Under the pieces are notes generated by a model, which was not told the origin of the DNA, made no database searches, and saw only the letters and a program-made list of their open reading frames with translations. This document shows, one piece after another, positions 63,761 through 64,000 of a DNA stretch of 64,000 bases; positions within the stretch are counted from its first letter, which is position 1; each line of letters starts with the position of its first letter. The stretch lies in assembly GCF_018977255.1 (NCBI RefSeq), contig NW_024704765.1:4836001-4900000 (forward strand), written 5' to 3'. Source of the stretch: Callorhinchus milii (Eukaryota). Made by a program: the position numbers and the translations under genes.

Positions 63761-64000
63761 TTCAGCTGTTCACATTAAACTAAGGAGTTTTCTAGCTATG
63801 GGTAGATCTCAAGCTAATACTGATGTCCTCATTTCTAAATACATTAAAGAGCATAAGACCTTTATGTCTTGATACATAAACTAGATCCAAATATATGTGA
63901 AAATGTATTTTTCAGTTATTTATTAATTGTATTTCTGTATCAGATCAAATGGCAAGTTTTTTTTTCATTTGGGGTAGTCTTTTGCTGAATGGGTTCAAGT

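Overview
Eukaryotic, intron-rich vertebrate DNA. The SINE and LINE repertoire points to a cartilaginous fish, probably a holocephalan such as elephant shark (inference). Six spliced genes were reconstructed by hand from splice sites and reading phase. Five match human 1p36 genes: the 3' part of LRRC47 (+), SMIM1 (-), CCDC27 (-), GABRD (-, complete) and the 5' part of CFAP74 (+). The sixth is a 13-exon secreted-protein gene (+, 25796-38246, about 615 aa): signal peptide, EGF, two putative Ig-like segments, short EGF, 2x Ca-binding EGF, 3x TSP1. I cannot match it to any named human gene, and it sits where two human 1p36 blocks are joined. Other notable items: 4 GC-AG introns among about 41 donors, an orphan intronless ORF antisense behind LRRC47, a tandemly duplicated RFX X-box promoter, inverted G/C minisatellites around the CFAP74 promoter, and two single-base frameshifts in LRRC47 that are probably assembly errors. 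Human comparisons are from recall, not from database searches.
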